From Candidatus Eiseniibacteriota bacterium (GTDB lineage Bacteria > ARS69): a stretch of 17,012 nucleotides of DNA. The stretch's first letter is position 1, and each line of letters starts with the position of its first letter. Made by a program: the position numbers and the translations under genes. The notes beneath the pieces were generated by a model, which saw nothing but the letters and a program-made list of their open reading frames with translations, searched no databases and was not told the origin of the DNA. The stretch is taken from contig JBQTGV010000074.1 of the NCBI GenBank assembly GCA_052390515.1, forward strand, positions 1-17,012, written 5' to 3'. This document shows positions 1-11,166 of the stretch, piece by piece.

Positions 1-1
1 G

Positions 2-139
2 GCGCTGGAGGAGACCGACTCCTCCGGTCGGGTCACCGTGCACGATCCGGCGCTGGGCCGGGTGGAGTTCTCGTCGGGCGCGGTGCGGCGGCTGTGGAGT
101 GGAGACGTGCTGGAGTTCATCGAGGAGGGAGCACCGTGA
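2..139 (+). CDS. C-terminal fragment of a C39-family (papain-like, double-glycine leader-processing type) peptidase; 5' end outside window
   Basis: Not in ORF track. Manual frame-2 translation ALEETDSSGRVTVHDPALGRVEFSSGAVRRLWSGDVLEFIEEGAP* (TGA 137-139). The V-x-x-DPA-x-G ... W-S-G-x-V-L pattern is typical of the C39 domain end. Catalytic Cys/His would lie upstream of the window. Confidence 0.65.
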   Translation, partial: ALEETDSSGRVTVHDPALGRVEFSSGAVRRLWSGDVLEFIEEGAP

Positions 140-402
140 AGGGAGAGAATCGGAACGAAGGTGGCGGTCGGCGTGGGCCCTGCGAGCGTCGTGCGGCTCC
201 ACGTCGGCTCAGTGTGGGAATCGGGATCGCGCTCGTGCTGGTGGCTGTCCTCCCCTCGGACTCGGCACCTGATGCCGCGGTTCCCGTCGGGGGTCTGTCG
301 CCGCTCTGCAAGGTAGGGCTCGCGCTTCTGGCCACGGCGGTCACCCAAGTACCGGGGATGATCGGCGGCGCCCTGGATCTGATCGGGGAGCACTGCTTCT
401 GA
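136..402 (+). CDS. Small 88-aa hydrophobic protein; possible double-glycine peptide precursor
   Basis: GTG at 136 overlaps the upstream TGA (GTGA) and follows GAGGAGG. Basic N-terminus, hydrophobic segment LSVGIGIALVLVAVL, then VPVGG followed by LSPLCKVGLALLATAVTQVPGMIGGALDLIGEHCF. Confidence 0.6.
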   Translation: MKGENRNEGGGRRGPCERRAAPRRLSVGIGIALVLVAVLPSDSAPDAAVPVGGLSPLCKVGLALLATAVTQVPGMIGGALDLIGEHCF

Positions 403-416
403 CGGCAACCGTCTCG

Positions 417-445
417 TTGGAGCTTTCGCTCTGAAGTGCTACGAT
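417..445 (+). promoter_or_regulatory. Putative sigma70 promoter
   Basis: TTGGAG (417-422), 17-nt spacer ending in TGc, TACGAT (440-445); lies upstream of the ORF at 498. Confidence 0.45.
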
Positions 446-497
446 CCCGGAACGGCGGTTCGCGCCAGCGTGCGCGCCGCCGCCCCGAGGTCCGCTC

Positions 498-1289
498 ATG
501 ACCTGCACTCTCGACGATCCGCCTCCGGGGGGCCGTGCCCTGGGAGAGACTCACGGGGGAGCGCGGAACCTCCCGAGGTTCCTCTGCTCGTTGCTCGGAC
601 CGGGGCCGGTTCTCGTGGTCGGCTCCTCGCAGGTGGCCCTGGAAGCCGCAGCCACGCGAGAGGTCGTCGTCGTCGATCCCGACCATCGGCGTCTGAGCGA
701 CGTCCAGGATCGCGTTTCCCGGCACGGGGGCCACCTTCGCGCCATCTGCAAGGACCTGGAGCGGCAGGATCTCGGCGTGGCGCCTCGGAGCATGGCGAAT
801 GTCGTCTGCGTCGACGTGCTGGAGCGCACCCGCGACGACATCGCGGTCCTGGAGCGACTTCATCGGGTGCTCGCACCGGAGGGTCGTCTCGTGACGCGCG
901 TCCGGGCGCGGCGCACCTCAGACACGTCGAGGCTCTACGACCCGGAGACGCTGCGCAGCTCGCTGGAGGTCGCCGGCTTCCGCACGCAGACGGTTCGCTA
1001 CTGGAACTTCCTCGGGGTTCCGTGGGCCTGGGCGACGGCTCGACGTCGGGATCTCGCTGACGGGGCCGGTGAGGCCGCCGTCGGTCTCCCCTCGCACTGG
1101 TGGGACCAGGCGCTGGACTGGTGGTTCGAGGCGGTGGAGAACCGGGTCGGTTTCCCCACCGGCGTGAGCCTCATCTCCGTCGCCACGCCGCACGTGGAGA
1201 AGGTGCGCGTACGCCGCGAGTCCCTGTCCAAGGCGCTGGGTCAACGCGGAACCCGCGAGGCCTACGAGCCCATGGCGGCGTCGCGCTGA
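498..1289 (+). CDS. Class I SAM-dependent methyltransferase-fold protein with degenerate motifs
   Basis: VVCVDVLERTRDDIAVLERLHRVLAPEGRLV and RLYDPETLRSSLEVAGF...RYWNFLGVP resemble Methyltransf_11/23-type proteins. Motif I reads VLVVGSSQ. GAGG precedes the ATG. Confidence 0.7.
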   Translation: MTCTLDDPPPGGRALGETHGGARNLPRFLCSLLGPGPVLVVGSSQVALEAAATREVVVVDPDHRRLSDVQDRVSRHGGHLRAICKDLERQDLGVAPRSMANVVCVDVLERTRDDIAVLERLHRVLAPEGRLVTRVRARRTSDTSRLYDPETLRSSLEVAGFRTQTVRYWNFLGVPWAWATARRRDLADGAGEAAVGLPSHWWDQALDWWFEAVENRVGFPTGVSLISVATPHVEKVRVRRESLSKALGQRGTREAYEPMAASR

Positions 1290-1365
1290 GGCACGGGTTA
1301 ATTTCGGTCCGCTGACGTCCTAGCTTGGTCGTGGCTCTCCCCCGGGCTCGTAGCTGGAGGCTGCC

Positions 1366-1854
1366 ATGAACCGTCTCCGCGTCGCCTCGCTCGCTGCCTT
1401 TCTGACCGCTGCGTCCTTTCACCCGGTGTCGGCCCTCGAGAAGCGGGCCATGCTCATGCCGGAACACGTGGGAGAAGAATGGGGTGCTGCCGCCACGGTG
1501 ACGCTGGCGTACTACAACATCTGCACCGGTTGGATCTGGGCGTACAGTGGCTGGGCCGAAGGCGAACAGGTAGGCGTGTACTTCGAGCCCGACTGTTCGC
1601 TCCCCGCCCTGATCCGCGCGTCATCCGTGCTGACGTTCGACGGACCCTGGTCCGGCTACGGGTACACGGGCACGATCGCGATCGTGTCGGCGGACGATTG
1701 CTCGGGGCAGATCATCGCCTCACAGCCCTGGGTGGGAGGCGACGGATGGAACGACCACACCTGGAATGTGGAGGTCTCGGCCAGCGTTCAGCTGGCGTGT
1801 GTGACCGGTGTCGAGGCCACGAGCTGGGGTAGGGTGAAGGGCATCTACGAGTAG
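1366..1854 (+). CDS. Secreted Trp/Tyr/Gly-rich hypothetical protein with C-terminal SWGxxK motif
   Basis: GGAGG RBS (1356-1360); Sec-type signal MNRLRVASLAAFLTAASFHPVSA; 4 Cys; ends TGVEATSWGRVKGIYE. Confidence 0.8.
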   Translation: MNRLRVASLAAFLTAASFHPVSALEKRAMLMPEHVGEEWGAAATVTLAYYNICTGWIWAYSGWAEGEQVGVYFEPDCSLPALIRASSVLTFDGPWSGYGYTGTIAIVSADDCSGQIIASQPWVGGDGWNDHTWNVEVSASVQLACVTGVEATSWGRVKGIYE

Positions 1855-1895
1855 CTGTCCGATCCGGCCACGAAGGACCAGCGGCGCGGCCTTCG

Positions 1896-4800
1896 CTATC
1901 GCCCACGGAGCTTTCGCCGTCGCGCCTCCAGTTCCTCCGCCCCGGGATGAAGCTCGAGCCCGGCGGTCAGCACCGAGTCGGCACGCGCCTTCTCCCCGAG
2001 TCGATCGAGCGCATCGGCCAACGCTGCGTGTGCGTCGAGGTGACGGGGGCGAAGCTCGAGCGCGCGCATCGCCGCATCCCGCGCTTCCTCGATTCGGCGC
2101 ACCCCGACCAGCGCCCCTGCGCGGAGCGCGTGCAGGTCGGCCGAGTCGGGGTGGAGCGCCAGCCCTTCCTCGGTGATCGCGAGCGCGGTGGTGAGCTGCC
2201 CCGAGTCCCGGTAGAGCCGGCCCAGATCGAGGTACGTCTCCGCCAACTGCCCCACTTGCAGAGCGCGTACCCAGCTACGCGCGGCACCCGCGGTGTCGCC
2301 GCGCCGGGCGAGTGCCGCCCCCCGCTCGTTCAGCGAACCCGCCAGCGTTCGGCGGATGGAGGGTGCAGGCATCAACCGGTACGCATCCTCGAGCGCGCGG
2401 AGCGCCGGCTCCCCCTCGCCAGCCCGGAGCGCCAATCGCCCCGCGGACTCGAACGAGCGAGCGCGCCGCCACTCGCCCAGGGCCAGCGCGACCTCGGCCG
2501 GTGCCGTAGCCGGAATCGGAGCCGCCGTCGCGGCTCGGTGCAGGCCTTCGAACAACTCGCCCATGGAGTCGGCATAGAGGAGCTTGGGCGCTTCGAACTC
2601 GAGCGTAGGCCGGTCGTCGGTGTTCGCCGCGGAACCGCCGATCCAGGAGTCGAGCGACGTGCCGGAGAGCAACAGGAGAGACAGCAGGCTCGGTGCGTCC
2701 GGCGCGTCGGCAGTCTGCATGACCGGCGCAACGCCCGGCAGTCTCTGCCGCTCGACGAGGGCGCTCACGTCGAGCTCGAACGACTCGTCCCCGGCGACGA
2801 TCAGCAGGTCGCCCCACGCGCCGCGCCACACCTGCACGGCGGGGAAGGTGCCCCGGACCGCGGCGACCACGCTGCGCAGGGCTTCCGTCGAGAGCGAGTA
2901 GCCCTGGATCCAGGAGCAGAGGATCCCTCCCGGGCGAAGTCGTTCACGCGCCTCGGCGTAGAACTCCGCCGACATGAGCGAGCCGATTCCCGAGTTCCAC
3001 ACGTGCGACGGCAGCGACACGACCACGTCGTACTCACGCCGGGAGAGCCTCACGTGGCTTCGTCCGTCGCCGACCAGGAGGCGCACGCGGGGGTCCTCGA
3101 GCACGCGACCGTTGGCTTCGCCGAACCAGGCCCGTGCGGCCCGCACGACCTCCGGGGAGATCTCCACCACGTCGATGCTCTCGACTCCGGGGAAACGCGC
3201 GGCGGTGGCCGCGGTGATGCCGCCGCCGAGGCCGATGACCAGCACGTCGCGGGCGTGGCCGTGCAGCAGGAGCGGCAGCCCGGCGACCGAGACCTGCGTG
3301 GAAAGGTCGCCCGCGGTGCTCGCCTCGGTGACGCCGTTCAGCTGCATCGTGTACGACTCGTCCTCCCGTCGCACGGTGACGGTGGAAGTGAGGCCCTCCT
3401 CGAGGAACACGATCTCGGCGTTCTCCGGCGCCAGCGCTTCGCCTCCGGCCCGCCGGAGGTCGGCGCCGAGGACGAAGGCTCCGCGAGGCATCACCGATCG
3501 ATTCCACTCCGGCATCCGCGCGGCGTTGGCCGTCGCCGCGACGGCGAGCGTCAGGGCCGACGCAACGACGAAGACGCGCCCGGGTCCGCGCCAGACGGTG
3601 ACGATCGCCAGGGACGCGAGGACCGGCAGCGCCGCCACGAGCGTCACTCCGCTCTGCAGACCGGCCGCGGGCAGGATGACGAAGCCCGCCGCCCAGGAGC
3701 CGAGGATCGCGCCGAGCGTGTTCGCCGCGTAGACGTCGCCGGTGGCGCGGTGCCCCGCGGCGCGGCGGTCCAGGGCGACGGCGAGCGGCAGCGCGGCCCC
3801 GGAAACGAACGTCGGCGGCAGCAGCGGGATTCCCGCCAGGAGGAACTGCACGAGTACGCTCTCTCCCCACGTGCCTCCGCCTCGGGCGGCCAGCGTGACG
3901 AACAGCGCGGGGAGGCGGTCGAAGAGCGGCAGCAGCGCGAGCGAGAACGCGCCGATGAGAACTGGACACAGGGCGAAGGCCCTCGCCGCGCTCGGTCCGC
4001 CGCCGGCGAGGCGGCGTGCAGTCAGGCTCCCCGCGGCGATGCCGAGGAGGAACACGGCGAGCACGACGGCGAACGCGTAGATCGTCGTGCCGAGGGAGAG
4101 CGCGAGCGCCCGCGTCCACAGCACCTCGAAGGCGAGCGCGGCGAACCCGAGGACTCCCGCGGCGAGATAGAGGAGGGGGCGCGGGAACGGAAGTGCGGCG
4201 ACGGGCGCCGCGGCCTCGGGCGATGCCGCTGCAGGAGTGTCGGCGTCGGGGGACGCCCCTGTGGGCGAAGCCGCCGCGGGCAGGTCGGCGTCGCGAGACG
4301 CCACTGCGGAGATGTCTCCCGCGGCGGGAGACTTGCGCCCGAGCGCGATGGCCGCGATGCCCAGCGTCACGTTCAGCGCGACACCCGCGGCCAGAGTCGC
4401 CGTCAGCCCGGCGGACGGCAGCAGACCGAACGTCGCCGCGAGGGTTCCCCCCGCCGCTCCCAGCGTGTTGATTCCGTAGAGGTCGGCGACGCGGCGGCGC
4501 TCCGCGCTCCCGGCTTCCGCGTGGCGGACGAGAACCGGGAGCGTCGCGCCCATCAGAAAAGTGGGCGGGAGCAGGATCATCGCGCTGACCGCGAAGCGGA
4601 CGGCGTCGAGCGCGGGCCCGGACTCGCCGAGCGCGGGATAGAGCGCCGCGTAGAGGGGCTCCGCCCCGCGCAGCAGGAGCGGAACGAGCACCGCAGCCGC
4701 AGCCAGCAGGAGCTCCAGCCGCCCGTACACCTCCAGCGGCCTCGCCCAGCGGTGCGCGTTCCGTCCGGCCCACCATCCGCCGAGCGCCAAGCCTCCCATG

Positions 4801-4949
4801 AACGCGGTCAGCACGGTCGAGACGGCCGGCACAGTCGCGCCGAAGAGCAGCTGGAAGAGTCGGATCCAGACGATCTGGTAGAGCAGCCCCGCCGCCCCCG
4901 ACAGGAAGAACAGGGCGAGGACCGCGGAGAACGAGGGGGATCGGTTCAG
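1896..4949 (-). CDS. Fused multi-TM (MFS-like) / spermidine-synthase-like SAM-binding domain / TPR protein, about 1017 aa
   Basis: N-terminal LFFLSGAAGLLYQIVWIR and internal repeat GFAALAFEVLWTR; paired PTFLMGATLP/PTFVSGAALP and LYGINTLG/VYAANTLG; Rossmann loop VLVIGLGGG, DVVEISPEVV, GDGR, NTDDRPTLEF; C-terminal TPR-like helices. The track start at 5417 lies within nrfA; CTG at 4949 is the inferred start. Confidence 0.85.
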   Translation of the reverse strand: MNRSPSFSAVLALFFLSGAAGLLYQIVWIRLFQLLFGATVPAVSTVLTAFMGGLALGGWWAGRNAHRWARPLEVYGRLELLLAAAAVLVPLLLRGAEPLYAALYPALGESGPALDAVRFAVSAMILLPPTFLMGATLPVLVRHAEAGSAERRRVADLYGINTLGAAGGTLAATFGLLPSAGLTATLAAGVALNVTLGIAAIALGRKSPAAGDISAVASRDADLPAAASPTGASPDADTPAAASPEAAAPVAALPFPRPLLYLAAGVLGFAALAFEVLWTRALALSLGTTIYAFAVVLAVFLLGIAAGSLTARRLAGGGPSAARAFALCPVLIGAFSLALLPLFDRLPALFVTLAARGGGTWGESVLVQFLLAGIPLLPPTFVSGAALPLAVALDRRAAGHRATGDVYAANTLGAILGSWAAGFVILPAAGLQSGVTLVAALPVLASLAIVTVWRGPGRVFVVASALTLAVAATANAARMPEWNRSVMPRGAFVLGADLRRAGGEALAPENAEIVFLEEGLTSTVTVRREDESYTMQLNGVTEASTAGDLSTQVSVAGLPLLLHGHARDVLVIGLGGGITAATAARFPGVESIDVVEISPEVVRAARAWFGEANGRVLEDPRVRLLVGDGRSHVRLSRREYDVVVSLPSHVWNSGIGSLMSAEFYAEARERLRPGGILCSWIQGYSLSTEALRSVVAAVRGTFPAVQVWRGAWGDLLIVAGDESFELDVSALVERQRLPGVAPVMQTADAPDAPSLLSLLLLSGTSLDSWIGGSAANTDDRPTLEFEAPKLLYADSMGELFEGLHRAATAAPIPATAPAEVALALGEWRRARSFESAGRLALRAGEGEPALRALEDAYRLMPAPSIRRTLAGSLNERGAALARRGDTAGAARSWVRALQVGQLAETYLDLGRLYRDSGQLTTALAITEEGLALHPDSADLHALRAGALVGVRRIEEARDAAMRALELRPRHLDAHAALADALDRLGEKARADSVLTAGLELHPGAEELEARRRKLRGR
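4218..4292. repeat. Imperfect 30-bp direct repeat (period 45 bp) in a Pro/Ala linker
   Basis: 4218-4247 and 4263-4292 encode DADTPAAASP and DADLPAAASP on the minus strand, between the two TM halves. Confidence 0.7.
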
Positions 4950-6346
4950 TTGCCTGCTCGCGGCGCGTCGAGCCGCGCCACCGCGACCTGACCCAGCCGG
5001 GAGTAGTCCACGCTGCGACCGGCGAGCCGCACGGCCTCCTGGTCGGCGTGGAATCCCATCGAGTTCTCCGCCTCGATGTAGTCGAGCAGGAACTGCGCCT
5101 TGCGCTGGTAGTCGCGGGCGCCGGCGAGCTGCTCGTCGGTGGCACCGCCGTCGCGCGCCGCCTTGATGTCGCCGATCAGCGCGACGAGCGCGTCCATGGC
5201 CACGTTGCGCATCTCGTGCGTGCGGCTCTGGATCGTCTCCGCGCGGCCGCGCAGCTCGTCCTCGCTCGCCTTGTGGCACGTCTGGCAAGCGTTCGCCACG
5301 TTGAGCAGCGGCGAGCGCACGTGGTGGTCGCTGATCTTGAGGGCTCCGACGCGCTGATAGGGCATGTGGCAGTCCGCACAGGCCACGCCGTTGCGAGCGT
5401 GGATGCCCTGGTTCCACATCTCGAACTCCGGATGCTGCGCCTTCAGCACGGGCGCGCCGGTCTCCGCGTGAACCCAGTCCTTGAACCCGGCCTCGTCGTA
5501 GTAGGCCAGAGCGTCATCGGCGCGGAGTCCCTTCGCCCAGGGGTAGACGAGCCGCTTCTCCGGCCCTTGGAAGTAGTACTCCACGTGGCACTGGCCACAA
5601 ACGTACGCTCGCATCTCCTGGCGCGAAGCATCTCGGTTGACGTCGTAGCCCTCGATCCCCTCGGACGACTTGAACGCGCGCATGCCCTCGATGAAGGCCG
5701 GCCGCGTCACGCGCAGCGCCATGGTGGCCGGGTCGTGGCAATCGATGCACGCGACGGGGTGCTCCACCAGCGGACGCGCTTCGGAGTACGCCATTCGGTT
5801 GATCGCCTCGAATCCGCGGGTCATATCGCCGTCTCCGGCCGTGCGGTAGGCCTGCACCATCGAAGCGTGGCAGTTGAGGCACGTGCCCGGCTGCTTCACG
5901 ACCGCCTGCCGCTCGGTGAAGGTCTGGTCCTGGAGCATGAACGCGTGGCCGCGCTCCTCGCGGAAGTCGACCGAGAACGCGTAACCCGCCCAGATCGTGC
6001 GCAGCCTCGGATCCTCCTCGAGCCTCGATTGCGCGACGATCGACCGCGGATCCGCCGCGGTGGGCGTGCGCTGCACCGCCTCGGAGCCTCCGAAGCGCGT
6101 CCGTTGCTGGTCCACGGTGCGGACGTAGCCGTCGTACTGCAGCGGGAAATTCTTGCCCCACACCGCGGGGTCGGACGTCTCCTCGGTGACTTCCACCACG
6201 CGGAAGAACGGGTCGTGGGCCTCGTGCTTGCGCTCCGCGATGTTCACCAGCAGCGCGGTCACGCCCGCGGCGCCGGCCGCCGCAGCGATCGCGACGAGGA
6301 TCGCGGTGCGAAGGAACGAACGGGACTCGGGGGGAGGTGGGGTCAT
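4946..6346 (-). CDS. nrfA: Pentaheme cytochrome c552 nitrite reductase (ammonia-forming), CXXCH heme-1 type
   Basis: ATG at 6346 overlaps the nrfH stop (ATGA) with GGAG upstream. N-terminal TM anchor; hemes CLNCH, CIDCH, CGQCH, CADCH, CQTCH; diagnostic LKAQHPEFE, CHVEYYF, WAGYAFSVDFREERGH, AENSMGFHA. Confidence 0.95.
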   Translation of the reverse strand: MTPPPPESRSFLRTAILVAIAAAAGAAGVTALLVNIAERKHEAHDPFFRVVEVTEETSDPAVWGKNFPLQYDGYVRTVDQQRTRFGGSEAVQRTPTAADPRSIVAQSRLEEDPRLRTIWAGYAFSVDFREERGHAFMLQDQTFTERQAVVKQPGTCLNCHASMVQAYRTAGDGDMTRGFEAINRMAYSEARPLVEHPVACIDCHDPATMALRVTRPAFIEGMRAFKSSEGIEGYDVNRDASRQEMRAYVCGQCHVEYYFQGPEKRLVYPWAKGLRADDALAYYDEAGFKDWVHAETGAPVLKAQHPEFEMWNQGIHARNGVACADCHMPYQRVGALKISDHHVRSPLLNVANACQTCHKASEDELRGRAETIQSRTHEMRNVAMDALVALIGDIKAARDGGATDEQLAGARDYQRKAQFLLDYIEAENSMGFHADQEAVRLAGRSVDYSRLGQVAVARLDAPRAGN

Positions 6347-6849
6347 CGTGGATCTCCATCGTGAGGGAGGGGCGCGCTCCCGACACTGACGAACTCGGGG
6401 TGGCCCTCCCCGGAGTGACAGCGGAGGCAGGATATCGCTTCGCCCGCCCGGTGGGGACCGTCCAGCTGGGCCACGAGGTCCTCGTGGCAATGGCGACAGG
6501 CGCCTTCGGTGACGCGCCGGTTGCGCTCGGTGATCCGGATCGTCTGAGGGAAGTCTCCGGTCGTGAAGGCGTACGAGTGGAAGAAGCCGTTGACGGCCTT
6601 CGTCCAGTACTTCCCGGCGAGGTCGTGGGGCGCGTGGCAGTCGTTGCACACCGCCACGTGGCGATGGCTCGACTTCACCCAGCCATCGAACTGTGCCTGC
6701 ATGACGTGGCAGTTCGCGCAGGCGTCGGGGTCGTTCGTCAGGTAGGACGCTCCGCGGGCGTAGACGAAGGTGAAGCCCCCGACCCCGACGGCCACGCCCA
6801 GGACGCACCCGACGACGACGGCGGCCAGCGAGATTCGGCTCATCGGCAT
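6343..6849 (-). CDS. nrfH: Tetraheme NapC/NirT-family quinol dehydrogenase, small subunit of nitrite reductase
   Basis: N-terminal TM helix, ASYLTNDPDACANCHVM, CNDCH, CRHCH, CLRCH; adjacent to nrfA. Alternative ATG at 6843. Confidence 0.95.
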   Translation of the reverse strand: MPMSRISLAAVVVGCVLGVAVGVGGFTFVYARGASYLTNDPDACANCHVMQAQFDGWVKSSHRHVAVCNDCHAPHDLAGKYWTKAVNGFFHSYAFTTGDFPQTIRITERNRRVTEGACRHCHEDLVAQLDGPHRAGEAISCLRCHSGEGHPEFVSVGSAPLPHDGDPR

Positions 6850-6863
6850 TCGCCCCGCGTGCG

Positions 6864-7256
6864 TCAGCTCCGGAGGAAGCGCTCCTTCACCCGTCGCCGG
6901 GCCAGCCAGCGGCGGCGCGCCTCGGCGAACTCGCCGCCCAGTCCTTCCTCGCGGAGTTCGTTCACGCGTCGTTCCGCGGCTGCGACGTCCACGTCGGCCA
7001 CCGGGGACGCGGTATCGGTCAGCACGGTGACGCGGTTCTCGGCGACCTGCAGGAAGCCGCCCTCGATGTAGAAGGAGTGCGTCTGTCCGTCCGTCGTGAC
7101 GCGCAACTCGCCGTTGCCGAGCTTGGCGAGGAGACGGGCGTGGCCGGGCAGGACGCCGACCTCCCCGTCGTGGACGGGAACCGTCACACGAGCCGCAGGA
7201 GCGTCGAAGATCGACTTCTCCGGGGTGACCACCGTGACGTTCAGCGTCTCCGCCAT
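6864..7256 (-). CDS. atpC: ATP synthase F1 epsilon subunit
   Basis: VTVVTPEK, GEVGVLPGHA, IEGGFLQVAENRVTVL; position after atpD. Confidence 0.96.
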   Translation of the reverse strand: MAETLNVTVVTPEKSIFDAPAARVTVPVHDGEVGVLPGHARLLAKLGNGELRVTTDGQTHSFYIEGGFLQVAENRVTVLTDTASPVADVDVAAAERRVNELREEGLGGEFAEARRRWLARRRVKERFLRS

Positions 7257-7284
7257 CGCCCGTCCTCTCCCGCCCGGCGGGACG

Positions 7285-8718
<1,434 letters not shown>

Positions 8719-9615
8719 CTATTTCAGCGCTTCGACTCCGCCCATGAGCTCGGAGATCTCGTTGGTGATCTGGGTCTGGCGAGCCCGGTTGTACATCCGC
8801 GTCAGACGCTTGATCAGCTTGTCCGACGCGTCGGTGGCGTTCTTCATCGCGACCATCCGCGCGAGGTGTTCACCGACGACGGCCTGCAGGAAATCGGCGA
8901 AGAGCGTCGTCTTGAAGTAGGCCGGCAGCAACTCCCGCATCAGGGACTCCGGCTCCGGCGAGAAGAGGTAGTTCACCGTCTTCGGTCTGACCGGAGCGGA
9001 TGCACCGCCGACCGGTTTCGCCGCGCCTGCCGAGATCGTCGCCAGCGGCAGGAGCACCTCCGCGACGGGAGCCTGGCGCCCGGCGGAGTAGAACTTCTGG
9101 AACACGACGGTGAAGCGGTCGATCTCCGCTTTCGAGTACCGCTCGATGTACGTTTCCGCCAGCGCGTTGATCTCGGCGTAGCCGGCCTTGTCGCCGAAGT
9201 GGTCGTGCGCACGCGCGATCGGCTGCTTGCGGTGCCGGAAGTACACGATGCCCTTCTTGCCGATGATCTCCAGCTCGACGGCGGCGCCGGCCTCGCGTTC
9301 CTTCTCGACCAGCCGCCGCGCCAGGACGTTGAGGTTCGAGTTGTAACCGCCGCAGAGACCCCGGCTGGAGGTGACGAGCAGCACCAGCGAGCGCTTCACC
9401 GGTCTGGACACGAGCAGCGGATGGGTGATGTCCGCCGACACCGTCGCGAGGTCCGCCATCATCTCGCGGAGCTTCCTCTGGTACGGCGCCGAGCTCGCGA
9501 TGCGACCGTGCGACTGCTTGTACTTCGCCGTCGACACCATCTCCATGGTGCGGGTGATCTTCTTGGTGTTGCGCACGCTCTTGCGGCGCTTGAGCAGTAC
9601 CTTGGCCTTGGCCAT
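8719..9615 (-). CDS. atpG: ATP synthase F1 gamma subunit
   Basis: KITRTMEMVS, RGLCGGYN, EHLARMVAMKNATD, YNRARQTQITNEISE. Confidence 0.98.
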   Translation of the reverse strand: MAKAKVLLKRRKSVRNTKKITRTMEMVSTAKYKQSHGRIASSAPYQRKLREMMADLATVSADITHPLLVSRPVKRSLVLLVTSSRGLCGGYNSNLNVLARRLVEKEREAGAAVELEIIGKKGIVYFRHRKQPIARAHDHFGDKAGYAEINALAETYIERYSKAEIDRFTVVFQKFYSAGRQAPVAEVLLPLATISAGAAKPVGGASAPVRPKTVNYLFSPEPESLMRELLPAYFKTTLFADFLQAVVGEHLARMVAMKNATDASDKLIKRLTRMYNRARQTQITNEISELMGGVEALK

Positions 9616-9636
9616 CGCTCTCGCTCTCCGTCCCCG

Positions 9637-11149
<1,513 letters not shown>

Positions 11150-11166
<17 letters not shown>

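Noticed and set aside
1947-4991. 1014-aa plus-strand ORF and 703-aa alternative-frame ORF (3034-5145)
   Set aside because: Arg/Gly-rich shadows of the membrane/spermidine-synthase-like gene.
4950-5417. N-terminal extension of the 1173-aa ORF, suggesting an nrfA fusion or frameshift
   Set aside because: Out-of-frame read of nrfA with low-complexity R/G/A sequence; nrfA is complete with its own stop.
6347-6808. N-terminal 154 aa of the 620-aa nrfA ORF
   Set aside because: Alternative frame of nrfH; the real start is ATG 6346 with RBS and ATGA coupling.
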